From contig DAOMOX010000001.1 of the NCBI GenBank assembly GCA_035444565.1, positions 130,335 to 194,334 of the forward strand: a stretch of DNA of 64,000 nt, written 5' to 3'. Shown here piece after piece: positions 20,784-31,281 of the stretch. A model generated the notes under the pieces. It searched no databases. It was not told where the DNA came from and saw only the letters and a list, made by a program, of their open reading frames with translations. Source of the stretch: Candidatus Dojkabacteria bacterium (GTDB lineage: Bacteria; Patescibacteriota; Dojkabacteria; B142; OLB20). A program made the translations under genes and the position numbers. Position 1 is the first letter of the stretch. The number at the start of each line of letters is the position of its first letter.

Positions 20784-21317
20784 ATGTGGAAAATATTAAG
20801 TTCTAGAGATGTTTATAAAAATCCTTGGCTTAAAGTTAAAGAGGATAAGGTAATAATCGAAAGTGGTCGAGAAAGAACCTTTACCACAGTCGATATCAAA
20901 CCAGGTGTATCTGTTTTGGTAGTTGATGAGAAAATGAGTGCCTATTTAAGTAAAGGTTATCAGTATGCACTTGATGAAGAGATTACAGGTGTTACTGCAG
21001 GGGGAGGAATTGACGATGGAGAAAGTCCTCTCGAATGTGCCAAAAGAGAATTAAAAGAGGAAACTGGTTTTATAGCAAGTGAATGGATTGAGTTAGGAAA
21101 GGTTCATGCGATCACAAGTGGCATAATTTCTTCCCCAAATTATTTATTTCTCGCTAGAAACATTGAATTCGGAGAGAAGTCTTTGGAGGATACTGAAAAA
21201 ATCACAACATATAAATTGCCACTTAAGGATGCTTTCAATATGGTAATTAGTGGGGAAATTACTCACTCTGCTTCTGCGGTATTGATTATGAAAGCTTGGA
21301 ATTATTTAAACAACTAA
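20784..21317 (+). CDS. NUDIX hydrolase (ADP-ribose pyrophosphatase-like)
   Basis: GGIDDGESPLECAKRELKEETG; N-terminal YKNPWLKV. Confidence 0.9.
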   Translation: MWKILSSRDVYKNPWLKVKEDKVIIESGRERTFTTVDIKPGVSVLVVDEKMSAYLSKGYQYALDEEITGVTAGGGIDDGESPLECAKRELKEETGFIASEWIELGKVHAITSGIISSPNYLFLARNIEFGEKSLEDTEKITTYKLPLKDAFNMVISGEITHSASAVLIMKAWNYLNN

Positions 21318-23177
21318 ATTCTGCTTCGCAATCTCAGATAAATTCTTACGTTTTGACCAGATTCTCTCGGTTTTAGTCAAATATTGTTTTCTTAATCGAA
21401 GGTTTTTAGGTGTAACCTCAAGAATCTCATCCTTCGCCAAGAAGAACAGAGCAAATTCTAATGTTAATTGTTTAGGAGCTTTAAGCTGTATTTGAGTAAT
21501 CTCTGCCTGATTTCTCCTAACTCCTGATTTGGCTCTTTCTTTTGTGGGATTAACTTCTAGATCTTCTTCGTATTTATTGATTCCGATAATCATACCCTCA
21601 TAAACTTCAGTAGCTGGAATTACAAATAATTCTCCCCTTTCCTGAATCGTATTCAGTGAATAAGCTGCAGTTACTCCAGTATCAGAAGAAACTATTGCTC
21701 CTCTTCTGAAGAACTCAACCTTTGGACCTTGCTCTACGAACTCTAACATCGAGTTATGCATAATCAAGTTACCTTTGGTTTCGGTAATAAGGATATTTCG
21801 AAGTCCGAGTAGATTTGAAGTTAGAATCTTGTATGAAAAATACGTTCTGCCTGCATCCGTGTCCATGGAAATCATTTCACCTTTTCTACCACTTACAGTG
21901 TTTAATACAGTTCCACCGTATTCTTCAGGTACTTCAATGAATAGTTCCTCAAGTGGCTCATATTTCTTGCCATCAATCACTTTCGTTATGACTTCAGGTC
22001 GTCTCACTTGAAGTTCGAATCCTTCTCTACGTAATTCCTCAAGTAAAATTGAGAGTTGTAAATCTCCTCTACCTGCAACGTAAAATGAGCCCTGATCTGT
22101 TTTTTCTATATTTAAAGAAATATTTTGTACTGCTTCTTTTTCAAGTCTTTGCTGTAATTGCTTTGCGGTTACAAATTCTCCATCTTTTCCTACAAATGGA
22201 GAAGTATTCGCTTCAATTTTGATCCTTACAGAAGGCTCCGAAATTTCAATTATTGGTAATGGATCAATATTTTCTGATGTACTAACTGTTGCGCCAATTG
22301 CTCTTGAATCGATTCCAACTAAGGCAATAATCTCACCTGTTGCAGCTTTATCAATAGGTGTAAATCCCAGACCATGCTTTACCATAATCTGCTTGACTTT
22401 ACCCCTTGTGAGGATTTCAGGTTTTTCTGGACCAGGGAGTGAAACTACAACACTATCTTCTAACTTTATAGTTCCACTCAAAACCTTCCCGATTAGATAA
22501 TTTCCGATGTGTGAATCGTAATCTACGGAAGTAATCTGGAATTCGAATGGTGCTTGTGCATCACCTTCAGGAGCTGGAATGTATTCAATAATCTTATCGA
22601 GCAAACTTTTGATATTTGCTTCTGAATTTGTGTCTTCTGGAATTTCATCCCATACTTTTCCGTCCCTTGCTATAGCATAGAATACTGGAAATTCAAGTTG
22701 ATCATCCTCTGTAGCCAAAGTTAAGAATAAATCTTGAATTCTTGATAAAGTCTTAGCTAAGTTTGAAGCAGGTTTATCAATTTTATTAATTACAACAATT
22801 GGTTTCAACTTGAATTCTAATGCTTTTTTCAACACAAATCTTGTTTGAGGCATGGGACCTTCTTGTGCATCAACGATAATCAAACAGCCCTCGGCCATAT
22901 TCAGAGTTCTTTCCACTTCTCCACCAAAATCAGCATGACCAGGTGTATCGATAATATTAATATGGTAACCATTGTATTCCACAGAAACATTTTTAGCTTT
23001 GATTGTAATCCCCTTTTCTCTCTCCAAATCTCCAGTATCAAGAATCATACTTTGATTCATTTCTTCTTGGTTTTCACGAAAAACATGAGTCTGCTTCAAA
23101 AACGCATCAACAAGGGTTGTCTTCCCATGATCAACGTGGGCAATTATTGCTATGTTTCTAATTTTGTTCTGGTCCAT
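21306..23177 (-). CDS. typA: Translational GTPase TypA/BipA
   Basis: AHVDHGKTT, DTPGHADFGGEVER and EVTPKNLRLRK motifs. Confidence 0.96.
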   Translation of the reverse strand: MDQNKIRNIAIIAHVDHGKTTLVDAFLKQTHVFRENQEEMNQSMILDTGDLEREKGITIKAKNVSVEYNGYHINIIDTPGHADFGGEVERTLNMAEGCLIIVDAQEGPMPQTRFVLKKALEFKLKPIVVINKIDKPASNLAKTLSRIQDLFLTLATEDDQLEFPVFYAIARDGKVWDEIPEDTNSEANIKSLLDKIIEYIPAPEGDAQAPFEFQITSVDYDSHIGNYLIGKVLSGTIKLEDSVVVSLPGPEKPEILTRGKVKQIMVKHGLGFTPIDKAATGEIIALVGIDSRAIGATVSTSENIDPLPIIEISEPSVRIKIEANTSPFVGKDGEFVTAKQLQQRLEKEAVQNISLNIEKTDQGSFYVAGRGDLQLSILLEELRREGFELQVRRPEVITKVIDGKKYEPLEELFIEVPEEYGGTVLNTVSGRKGEMISMDTDAGRTYFSYKILTSNLLGLRNILITETKGNLIMHNSMLEFVEQGPKVEFFRRGAIVSSDTGVTAAYSLNTIQERGELFVIPATEVYEGMIIGINKYEEDLEVNPTKERAKSGVRRNQAEITQIQLKAPKQLTLEFALFFLAKDEILEVTPKNLRLRKQYLTKTERIWSKRKNLSEIAKQNLVV

Positions 23178-23351
23178 AATTCAATTTTCATAAAATCCCT
23201 GAATACACGAAAATCCTCATATAATAGGATTTGTAAGTTCATGCTTCAAGGGGGAAGTTAAACATAGTCATTTTAACACATTTTGTGTGTATTTCGTTGA
23301 TTCTAGGAACAAATATATCTGTCTCAATTAGGAAGTATAGATGTCAGATGC

Positions 23352-24548
23352 TCACCTCCTAAATAATTTTTTCTTCAAATATCTATTTATAACTACGAAT
23401 AATCTTGAGTATTGGTTTTCAAATAAAACACTTAATATTTCATCGAAATGGAACAATGAAACAGCTTTAACCCCTCTGGTTATATTTCTATCACTTAATT
23501 TGCCATATACAAGTTTTGAGAGTTTTTCTGCAATCCAATATTCCTTTCTGAGATAACCTTTGGCTTCTTTCTCGTATTGACTGAAAACGAATTCATTCTT
23601 CCGAATTGCTTCATCTATGTATTTCGAAGCTAGTGTGGCATTTCTCATCCCGTAACGAATCCCTTCTCCTCCTAACCAATTAACAGAGGATACGACATCA
23701 CCTATGCCTACTACCCTGCCATTTTGATATGTATCTTTTCTTTTCGAGTTGTAGAAAAGCGTACCTCCGTGTTTTTCTGTGATTGTATATTCTTTTTTAT
23801 CCAGTCCGAGATAGTCCTCGATTATCTTCTCAATATATTCTGCAGGTTGGATTGGTTTTTTGAGATATTGAGGGTACCAGGCAACGCCAATTTTATATTC
23901 CTTATTGCTCATTGGGAAAATCCAGCCATAGCCATTTGAGATTTATTTGTACCCCAGGAAAAATTGAAAATCTTTAGAATCTATCTCTTTTTTAGTTTTC
24001 ACAATGAATTCAAGTCCTATTCCTTGAACATAATTCTTCGGATTATCTCTCTTTCCAGTAATCGATCTAGCACTTCCTGTTCCATCGACTAAAACATCGG
24101 TCACCACATTCTCGATTTTTTTATTAATAGAATTATATAAACTAATCTCTAAACTTCCCTCACCTAGGGTTTTGTGTTTTTTATATTCCCAACCCAACTT
24201 CACCTCTCCATGATGCTTCTGTACCTCATCAAGTAAGAACTCCCGTAGTTTTGTAAAATCCATTACAACACCTTTATTTTCTGGGGATATCCATTTTTTC
24301 TCGAAGTTAGTTGATACCAGGGTTAATTTGTTCCAGTAGGTTGCTACGACACTTTTAGGGAGTTCGAATTCTTTCAAAATACTAAGTGGAGCACCTGCAC
24401 TTGAGAAATTATTCAAACTTAAATCTCTAACTCGATCAACAATGAGGACTTTATGTCCTTTCTGAGTCAATAACCTGGCACATTGTCCCCCAGACGGACC
24501 CGCTCCAACTATCACAACATCGTATATTTTGTTTTTCTGTTCACTCAT
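23352..24548 (-). pseudogene. Geranylgeranyl-reductase-family FAD oxidoreductase with one in-frame TAA (23943-23945)
   Basis: GAGPSG Rossmann motif; reads FFLGYK*ISNGYGWIFPM in frame into the GDVVS..GGEGIRY half; about 398 codons in total. Confidence 0.85.
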
Positions 24549-25044
24549 TTTTATTCTCAATAATCTCATAGCTGTCGTAACCTTTCAATTCCTCCAAGGA
24601 AGGCACTTCAAACTCAGAATACCACTTTTCAATGTTCTCCATCGAAATATTAAATACTCCTTTAGGTGCTTCGGCGTTTCTTTTAGCTAAGCGATGTTTT
24701 AGAAGTTCTAGATCAGCTTTGAATAAGTAAATAGTGACTTCTGCTCCGATATTTTTTGCCTCTGTTTTATACCTCTCTCTTTCTTCAATTGACCAAAAAC
24801 CATTTTCAAGTAGAACTGTGTTCCCTAATTGTAATAATTTCTTGGCTTGAATCCATTGTCTTGATTCTACAATATCTCTAACTCTGTCCATTTCAAGGAT
24901 GTTGGTTTTATCTGCCAATAAGTCATAAACCCAATCGTCTGGGCAAAGTCTTACTATTGGCTTTTCTTTCTCTAATTTTTTCGCAAGTGTGGTTTTCCCT
25001 GTTCCAGGAAGACCACAAAATAAGAATAATTTTCCAGTGCTCAT
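24541..25044 (-). CDS. AAA_33-like P-loop kinase
   Basis: CGLPGTGKTT, PDDW and ENGFWS..ER motifs. Confidence 0.85.
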   Translation of the reverse strand: MSTGKLFLFCGLPGTGKTTLAKKLEKEKPIVRLCPDDWVYDLLADKTNILEMDRVRDIVESRQWIQAKKLLQLGNTVLLENGFWSIEERERYKTEAKNIGAEVTIYLFKADLELLKHRLAKRNAEAPKGVFNISMENIEKWYSEFEVPSLEELKGYDSYEIIENKNE

Positions 25045-25152
25045 GATAGATTAAAAATTTATTAATTATACTAGTTCAAAGTTTTAGTATAAATGGGATA
25101 TCAACATTAATAGTCTTTTACAAAAGTAATTTTATTTACTACTTTTTTTCTA

Positions 25153-25180
25153 TTGACTTTGGCTTTTTCTAAACTATAAT
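25153..25180 (+). promoter_or_regulatory. Sigma70-type promoter of the ABC/upp operon
   Basis: TTGACT-N16-TATAAT. Confidence 0.65.
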
Positions 25181-25251
25181 TATAAAAATATGATTTATTA
25201 ATGACTAACTTTCAACGCGAGAAATTACTAATCAATACATACTAGTTTATT

Positions 25252-25275
25252 AGGAGCCAAAGGCTCCTTTTTTTT
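25252..25275 (+). terminator. Terminator in the 5' leader (candidate attenuator)
   Basis: AGGAGCC-aaa-GGCTCCT plus T-run, between the promoter and the first ATG. Confidence 0.7.
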
Positions 25276-25292
25276 GGCCTAAAATAGGCACT

Positions 25293-26078
25293 ATGAAAAA
25301 GAAAAATAGAAAAATACTCTCTTATTTAATAAAAATTTCACTGATTCTGATACTGCTATTTATTTGGGAACAAATTGTAATTAGCTTCGAGATACCCAAA
25401 AGAATACTTCCAAAACCTAGTCAGATTATTGATTATTTATCAAGCGACTTTAGTTCGGGAAAGTACACATTACTCATAAAAACACTTCTTAGTTTCCGCG
25501 ATGCATTAATCGGATTCTCCATTTCTGTAATTTTAGGCACATTACTAGGGATAATTTTTCATCAATTTAAAATACTTAAAACAATCTTCTCTCCATTCAT
25601 TTTAATTTCACAATTATTACCAGTCCCTGCTTTCGCGCCAGTAGTAGCAGCATTGCTAGGATACGGATTTGAAACAAAAATCATTATTATCGTACTGTTC
25701 ACGATTTTCCCAGTAATTGTGACAGTTGAAAGCACAATTTCCAGTTTATCCGCCAACTATTTTGCTTTGTTCTCATCATACAATGCAAAAAAAATCGAAG
25801 TAATTAAAAAACTCTTCCTACCATCAATTCTTCCTGACTTGATAACCACAATGAAAATTTTAACAACTGCATCCATAGTGACATCAATAATCGCAGAACT
25901 CCCTTTGACAGTAAGTGGTGGGATTGGAAAAGACATTTACAACTCATTTAATAATCAAATAACTACTCGTGTATGGGCAAGTCTAGTTATGCTATGCACA
26001 GTTTCAATATTATTTTTCAAATCGATGCTCGAGATTGAGAAAACCATTATTAATAAATATCGCTATGCAAAAGAATAA
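25293..26078 (+). CDS. ABC transporter permease (NitT/TauT family)
   Basis: LPKPSQI, multiple TMs, degenerate EAA loop. Confidence 0.9.
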   Translation: MKKKNRKILSYLIKISLILILLFIWEQIVISFEIPKRILPKPSQIIDYLSSDFSSGKYTLLIKTLLSFRDALIGFSISVILGTLLGIIFHQFKILKTIFSPFILISQLLPVPAFAPVVAALLGYGFETKIIIIVLFTIFPVIVTVESTISSLSANYFALFSSYNAKKIEVIKKLFLPSILPDLITTMKILTTASIVTSIIAELPLTVSGGIGKDIYNSFNNQITTRVWASLVMLCTVSILFFKSMLEIEKTIINKYRYAKE

Positions 26079-26856
26079 CAGTATTGAAATAAAAGAATTA
26101 TCAATCCTTTACAACGACTTAAAAATCGGTCTTGAGGCTGTATCAAAAGTATCGTTCGATGTGAAAAATGGGGAATTCATTTCAATCGTAGGACCATCTG
26201 GTTGCGGTAAATCAACCATACTGAAAGTTATCAGCGACACTCTTGATCTCTCGTATTCCGAAACAAGAGGTGACGTAAAGGTACTGGGAAGTTCACCTAA
26301 AAAAGCCAGAGAACAAAGGAAAATCGGCTTCGTATTCCAAAAACCGACACTACTCCAATGGAGGAATCTTGAGAAAAACGTGAGTTTGCCATTGGAAATT
26401 ATCGGATTAAACAAAGTTGAGATTAAAAAACGAGTCAAGAAGTTGTTGAAAATGGTCGAACTTGAGAAATATGCAAGTTATCATCCTGACCAATTATCAG
26501 GCGGAATGCAGCAGAAAGTTTCAATCGCTCGAGCACTTGCATATGACCCAGAGATCCTATTAATGGATGAGCCTTTCGGAGCATTGGATGAAATAAATCG
26601 CAGAAAAATGAATGACGAATTACTTAGTGTATGGAAAGAGACGGGGAAAACTATCGTCTTTGTTACACACAGCATCGAAGAAGCGATCTATCTCTCTCAA
26701 AGAATCATCGTTTTGACAAAACAACCCGGGAGAATTAAAAAAATCATCAATGTAGAGCTTCCTTATCCCAGAAAGGAAGAGTTAGGAAGCATGAAGTTTT
26801 ATAAGTATATAAATCAAATTCGCTCATTATTGGAAAATGAAGAAGAAATCGTTTAA
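26065..26856 (+). CDS. ABC transporter ATP-binding protein (NitT/TauT family)
   Basis: GPSGCGKST, LSGGMQQ, LLMDEPF and VTHS motifs. Confidence 0.95.
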   Translation: MQKNNSIEIKELSILYNDLKIGLEAVSKVSFDVKNGEFISIVGPSGCGKSTILKVISDTLDLSYSETRGDVKVLGSSPKKAREQRKIGFVFQKPTLLQWRNLEKNVSLPLEIIGLNKVEIKKRVKKLLKMVELEKYASYHPDQLSGGMQQKVSIARALAYDPEILLMDEPFGALDEINRRKMNDELLSVWKETGKTIVFVTHSIEEAIYLSQRIIVLTKQPGRIKKIINVELPYPRKEELGSMKFYKYINQIRSLLENEEEIV

Positions 26857-27595
26857 AAATTTTAAAGATTTAATTGTGATGGCACTTTCCTTGGGCGTGT
26901 TTTTCGTCATCTGGGAACTATTTGTTAAATATTCTGATATAAGTGCCACCGTATTGGTAGCTCCTTCTGAAATTCTTCCAGTTATCACGAATAACTATGA
27001 TACATTACTTAAAGAATTGAAATACACCTCCGAAGAAGTTCTCTATGGATGGTTTTGGGGAAATCTCCTCGCTTTAGTGACTTCAATAGTTATATTTTCC
27101 TATAAAAAAATCTCCGATTCAGTCATAAGTTTAGGGGTTATTGTGAATGCAGTACCTTTGATTGCACTCGCTGCGATTCTAGGCGGATTTATCGGTACAG
27201 ATCAAAACGCAAAAACTATCATTGTTGCTATATTATGTTTCTTCCCGATGTTAATTGTGACAACCACTGCTTTCAAACGAGTAAACGGAGACTACAAAAG
27301 ACTTTTTGACAGCTATAATTCAAGCAAACCTATAACGTTTATCAAACTGATTTTCCCTGCGAGTTTGCCAGCAATTTTCACAGTCTTGAAACTTAACGTG
27401 GTCAATGCAATCACCACCGCAATAGTAAGCGAATTTTTTGGAGCACACGGAGGGATAGGTCAGTTCATACTAGCTAGAAAAGGTTTTTATGATCTGCCGA
27501 TGGTTTGGGCAGGAATATTTTTCATAGTAATTAGTGGGAGTTTGTTCTACTTCACGATAGAAATCGCGAAGAGATTATTTATAAAGTGGAATTAA
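26837..27595 (+). CDS. ABC transporter permease (NitT/TauT family)
   Basis: Multiple TMs, PASLPAIF and AIVSEFFG motifs. Confidence 0.9.
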   Translation: MKKKSFKNFKDLIVMALSLGVFFVIWELFVKYSDISATVLVAPSEILPVITNNYDTLLKELKYTSEEVLYGWFWGNLLALVTSIVIFSYKKISDSVISLGVIVNAVPLIALAAILGGFIGTDQNAKTIIVAILCFFPMLIVTTTAFKRVNGDYKRLFDSYNSSKPITFIKLIFPASLPAIFTVLKLNVVNAITTAIVSEFFGAHGGIGQFILARKGFYDLPMVWAGIFFIVISGSLFYFTIEIAKRLFIKWN

Positions 27596-27622
27596 TTTAT
27601 TTTTATTTTTTATTTTTTTAAG

Positions 27623-28714
27623 ATGACAGAAAGCAAAAGCTCCCCAGGCAAATGGGTTTTCGTTTTAATTCTGGCGTTTATTGCTGTAGGCAGCATATAT
27701 ATGTACAACAATAAATCAGCTGACACAGAAAGCGACGACGGAGAAAAGGACAAGATAGTCCTTCAATTGAAATGGGTTCCACAAGCTCAATTTGCAGGTT
27801 ACTTTACTGCATTAGAAAAAGGCTATTACGAAGATGAGAATATCGAAGTAGAAATCAAATCAGGTGGTGTAGGAATCAACCCAGTAGATGTTCTTATTGC
27901 TGACGATGCTGACGTAGCAGTCGCCTGGACAGGTAACGTACTACCTGCAATTGCAAAGGGTGAAGAGTTGGTAAATATCGGCCAAGGACTTCAAAGTACT
28001 GGTATGGTTTTGGTAGCAAAAAAATCTTCCGGAATAGTAAACCCTGCTGACATAGCAGGTAAAAAGATTGGTGTGTGGGCAGGAGGAAATGAAACTGAGC
28101 CATTTGCTTTTATTGCTAAACAAGGACTTGATAGGGACAAAGATGTTGAAATAATTTCGCAAGCATTCGATATGAACCAACTTTTAAATGACGAAATCCA
28201 CCTTGCATCAGCTATGAAATATAACGAATTAGAGCTAGTTTTTGAATCCGGATTAAAAGAAGAAGATTTGACCATCTTCGATCTTGAGGACTCAGGGGCT
28301 GGTATGCTTCAGGATGGTCTATTTGTCAGAAGAGATTATCTTGATGAAAATGAAGATGTGTTAGTCAGATTTCTAAGAGCAAGTATGAAAGGATGGGACT
28401 ACGCTATCATGAATCAAGAGGAAGCAATCGATATGATTGGCATGGACTTCACAGAGAATGACGTAACAGCAAGACCTCATCAGCTAAAAAGTATGGAGCA
28501 GATGGCGAAATTATTCATTGCTGACAAAGGTACATCTGAAGGTTTGTTCTTTATTGATGAAGATAAACTTGAGAATACGGTAGAAATCGCTAGAGAGTTT
28601 GTAAAGGAAGTGAAAGAAGGAGAAGACTTCAATATAGAGGATATTTACACGAACGATATCTGGGAAGAAGCTGTAAAAGAAGTCGATTTTAGTGATTACA
28701 GTGAAATTAACTAA
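27623..28714 (+). CDS. NMT1/THI5-like ABC substrate-binding protein
   Basis: LQLKWVPQAQFAGYF.A..KGYY signature; N-terminal anchor. Confidence 0.9.
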   Translation: MTESKSSPGKWVFVLILAFIAVGSIYMYNNKSADTESDDGEKDKIVLQLKWVPQAQFAGYFTALEKGYYEDENIEVEIKSGGVGINPVDVLIADDADVAVAWTGNVLPAIAKGEELVNIGQGLQSTGMVLVAKKSSGIVNPADIAGKKIGVWAGGNETEPFAFIAKQGLDRDKDVEIISQAFDMNQLLNDEIHLASAMKYNELELVFESGLKEEDLTIFDLEDSGAGMLQDGLFVRRDYLDENEDVLVRFLRASMKGWDYAIMNQEEAIDMIGMDFTENDVTARPHQLKSMEQMAKLFIADKGTSEGLFFIDEDKLENTVEIAREFVKEVKEGEDFNIEDIYTNDIWEEAVKEVDFSDYSEIN

Positions 28715-28728
28715 TTAAATATTAAACA

Positions 28729-29142
28729 ATGAAAACATTTGTCGAAAGATTACATAAAGGTTCAGATCTTAAGCTCGAGATTAAGCGAATTGCAAAGGAG
28801 AATCATTTTTCTGCAGCCTGCATTGTTAATGCAGTCGGAAGTTTAAGCAAACTAATTGTAAGAACCGACGTTAGGGATGGAAAACCTGTAATCAAAGAAT
28901 ACGGCAAAGTTGAAGTTGTTTCATTAATTGGAACTATCGGCAAAGACGGTGACCACCTACACATCCATATCGCAGGAGGACAAATAGATGGTATTGTTGT
29001 AGGTGGTCACCTCGTAGATGGATGCATAGTGCATACAACGGTGGAGCTTATGTTTCTAGTAATGGAAGAAATGGAATTTATCACCGAACTAGATTCAAAT
29101 ACTGGTTTCGATGAATTGGTTGTGAAGAAAGTAAAGTCATAA
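28729..29142 (+). CDS. PPC/DUF296 domain protein
   Basis: AVGSL, EVVSLIG, HLHIH and GGHL motifs. Confidence 0.88.
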   Translation: MKTFVERLHKGSDLKLEIKRIAKENHFSAACIVNAVGSLSKLIVRTDVRDGKPVIKEYGKVEVVSLIGTIGKDGDHLHIHIAGGQIDGIVVGGHLVDGCIVHTTVELMFLVMEEMEFITELDSNTGFDELVVKKVKS

Positions 29143-29158
29143 TTATTAATTAATATTA

Positions 29159-29833
29159 ATGAAAAAGCATAATGTGAGGGTAATCAACACCCCGATGGTA
29201 ATTGATTTGATTACTAAATTAAGAGATATAAACACAAATTCCCAACTATTCCGAATTTATTTGAACGAAATCTCAAAACTTTTGATCTACGAAGCATTAA
29301 GTGATGTAGAAATGAAAGCTAATAAAGTTCCGACTCAAACTGGAATTGATTTTGAGGGTGAAACAATTGGAGAAAGAATTGCATTCATCTCAATTCTACG
29401 AGCAAGTCTAGGGATGCTTTCTTCGGCAATGGAATTCTTCCCTGAAGGTGAATTTCACTGTCTTGGAATGAAACGTAACGAAGAAGATCCAAATAATATC
29501 GAACCCAATTTCTATTTGGACCGACTTGAAGAAATGAGTCCGAAAACTAACAGAGTCTTAGTCATGGATCCAATGTTAGCTACTGGTGGTTCGATGATCT
29601 CGGCACTCAAATCAGTAAAAGAGAAACACGGCTTTAAAGGAAAGATTCAGGTTTTGAGTTTAATCACTGCTCAACCTGGAGCAGAAGCCATCTATAAAAA
29701 ATTCCCAGAGGTTGAAATAATATGTGCTGGTTTAGATGAGAAACTAAACGAACATGCTTATATCATTCCAGGACTGGGGGATGCTGGAGATAGGCTTTTT
29801 GGAATCAATACCGACTTGACTACAATACAATAG
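29159..29833 (+). CDS. upp: Uracil phosphoribosyltransferase
   Basis: ILRA, DPMLATGGS and YIIPGLGDAGDRLFG motifs. Confidence 0.95.
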   Translation: MKKHNVRVINTPMVIDLITKLRDINTNSQLFRIYLNEISKLLIYEALSDVEMKANKVPTQTGIDFEGETIGERIAFISILRASLGMLSSAMEFFPEGEFHCLGMKRNEEDPNNIEPNFYLDRLEEMSPKTNRVLVMDPMLATGGSMISALKSVKEKHGFKGKIQVLSLITAQPGAEAIYKKFPEVEIICAGLDEKLNEHAYIIPGLGDAGDRLFGINTDLTTIQ

Positions 29834-30024
29834 TAATGGACAAGATTTATAAGTTAGGCAATCGTTATATAAATGCGCTATAATAGTACATGGTATTAGA
29901 TACCAATATTTTGCTTGAATCTACACAATTGTTGACTGAGGAACATAACGCTTTTCTTCCCCATTTTAGTACCAAGCATTCCATTTAAGTTTGGCGTAGA
30001 TAGAAACTTAGAATCTATAGAAAT

Positions 30025-30885
30025 ATGCAATCAAGCAACAGCATTCTAGTTTTACCCACAATCCACAATATCGAAGAAGTGATCTCTGGATTATCTGCAA
30101 AGTATAAATTAACGAAGGGCAAATTCTCTCAATTGGAATACATCCTGAAAGATGGAAAAGTTATTTTAAGACACGCAGGTCGCGATATTAAAGAATTCTC
30201 CAACGTATGGCTCTCTTCATATTGGAGATCGAGAGATTTAGCATACGCAGTGAAGCTTTATTTAACACACAATGAAATTTCACATACTTATGTTGAAAAA
30301 GCTACGTCAAAACTAACTGATCAAATAATTTTCGCACTAAATAATATTTCAATTCCAAATACTTTTTTTATTGATGACGAAGACATTTCAAGTCATATTG
30401 ATACAATTGAAGATGTCTGTAAGTACCCATTAATAATCAAAGACATCACTGGCTCAGGTGGTCGCCTTTCTGCATTAGTCAGTAACAGAGAACAACTACT
30501 TGATAAATACAAGGAGTTACCTAAGCGAAAGAAATATTTATTCCAACAATTCATTCCCAATGATTACGATTGGGGAATTTTAATCGTAAATGGAAAAGCA
30601 GTCTCGGCAGAGAAAAGTTTTTCTATTCAAGGTGAGTTTTTAAATAACGCTTGTAACGGAGCAAAAGAAGTTTTCGTAGAGATGAATGAAGTTCCGCAAC
30701 ACATTATAGATATGGCAATAAAATCGACTAAACTATTGAAGTTAAATTGGGCACGCGCAGATATCGTTATTGATAAAAAAACCAATAAAGCCTACATCAT
30801 GGAGGTTAATCGATGTCCTGGTATTAGTACTGGATCTTCTGAAGTTATCGGAGCTCAGATATTCTTGGATAATCACCTAGAATAG
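30025..30885 (+). CDS. RimK-like ATP-grasp protein
   Basis: PLIIK...GSGG, QQFIP, ADIV and MEVNRCPG motifs. Confidence 0.85.
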   Translation: MQSSNSILVLPTIHNIEEVISGLSAKYKLTKGKFSQLEYILKDGKVILRHAGRDIKEFSNVWLSSYWRSRDLAYAVKLYLTHNEISHTYVEKATSKLTDQIIFALNNISIPNTFFIDDEDISSHIDTIEDVCKYPLIIKDITGSGGRLSALVSNREQLLDKYKELPKRKKYLFQQFIPNDYDWGILIVNGKAVSAEKSFSIQGEFLNNACNGAKEVFVEMNEVPQHIIDMAIKSTKLLKLNWARADIVIDKKTNKAYIMEVNRCPGISTGSSEVIGAQIFLDNHLE

Positions 30886-30887
30886 AC

Positions 30888-30915
30888 AAAAAAAGAGCAG
30901 ACCGAAGTCTGCTCT
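30888..30915 (-). terminator. Intrinsic terminator of the cold-shock gene
   Basis: Minus strand AGAGCAGAC-TTCG-GTCTGCTCT plus T-run. Confidence 0.85.
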
Positions 30916-30934
30916 CTATTAAATTCTGTAAATT

Positions 30935-31141
30935 TTACTCTACTAGTTTAATATTTACTGCACTTAGACCCTTTTGAGTTTCTTCAACATCGAATTCGAC
31001 ATTATCGCCAACTCTTAGTTTTCTAGTAGCAAGTTCGCCTTCTAGGACACTTTCATGATAGAAAATATCTTTGTCTGCGCCTTCTTTACTGATAAAGCCG
31101 AAGCCTTTGTCTGTAACAGTTTTTACTGTACCGTTTGCCAT
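30935..31141 (-). CDS. Cold-shock domain protein
   Basis: KGFGFI (RNP1) and DIFYH (RNP2). Confidence 0.93.
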   Translation of the reverse strand: MANGTVKTVTDKGFGFISKEGADKDIFYHESVLEGELATRKLRVGDNVEFDVEETQKGLSAVNIKLVE

Positions 31142-31281
31142 TTTTATATATAAAAAAATAAAATTCGTTAGGGAAAACTCTAGAGAAACTTTTGGGGGAT
31201 TGCCTAAATATTCTTCCTAAACTTGAACTATTATAACATAAAGAGAAAGTTTAAACTACTTTACCTATCAAACAAAGATAT

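Noticed and set aside
25181-25292. TPP riboswitch before the THI5-like transporter
   Set aside because: Lacks the CTGAGA core and is too short and AT-rich.
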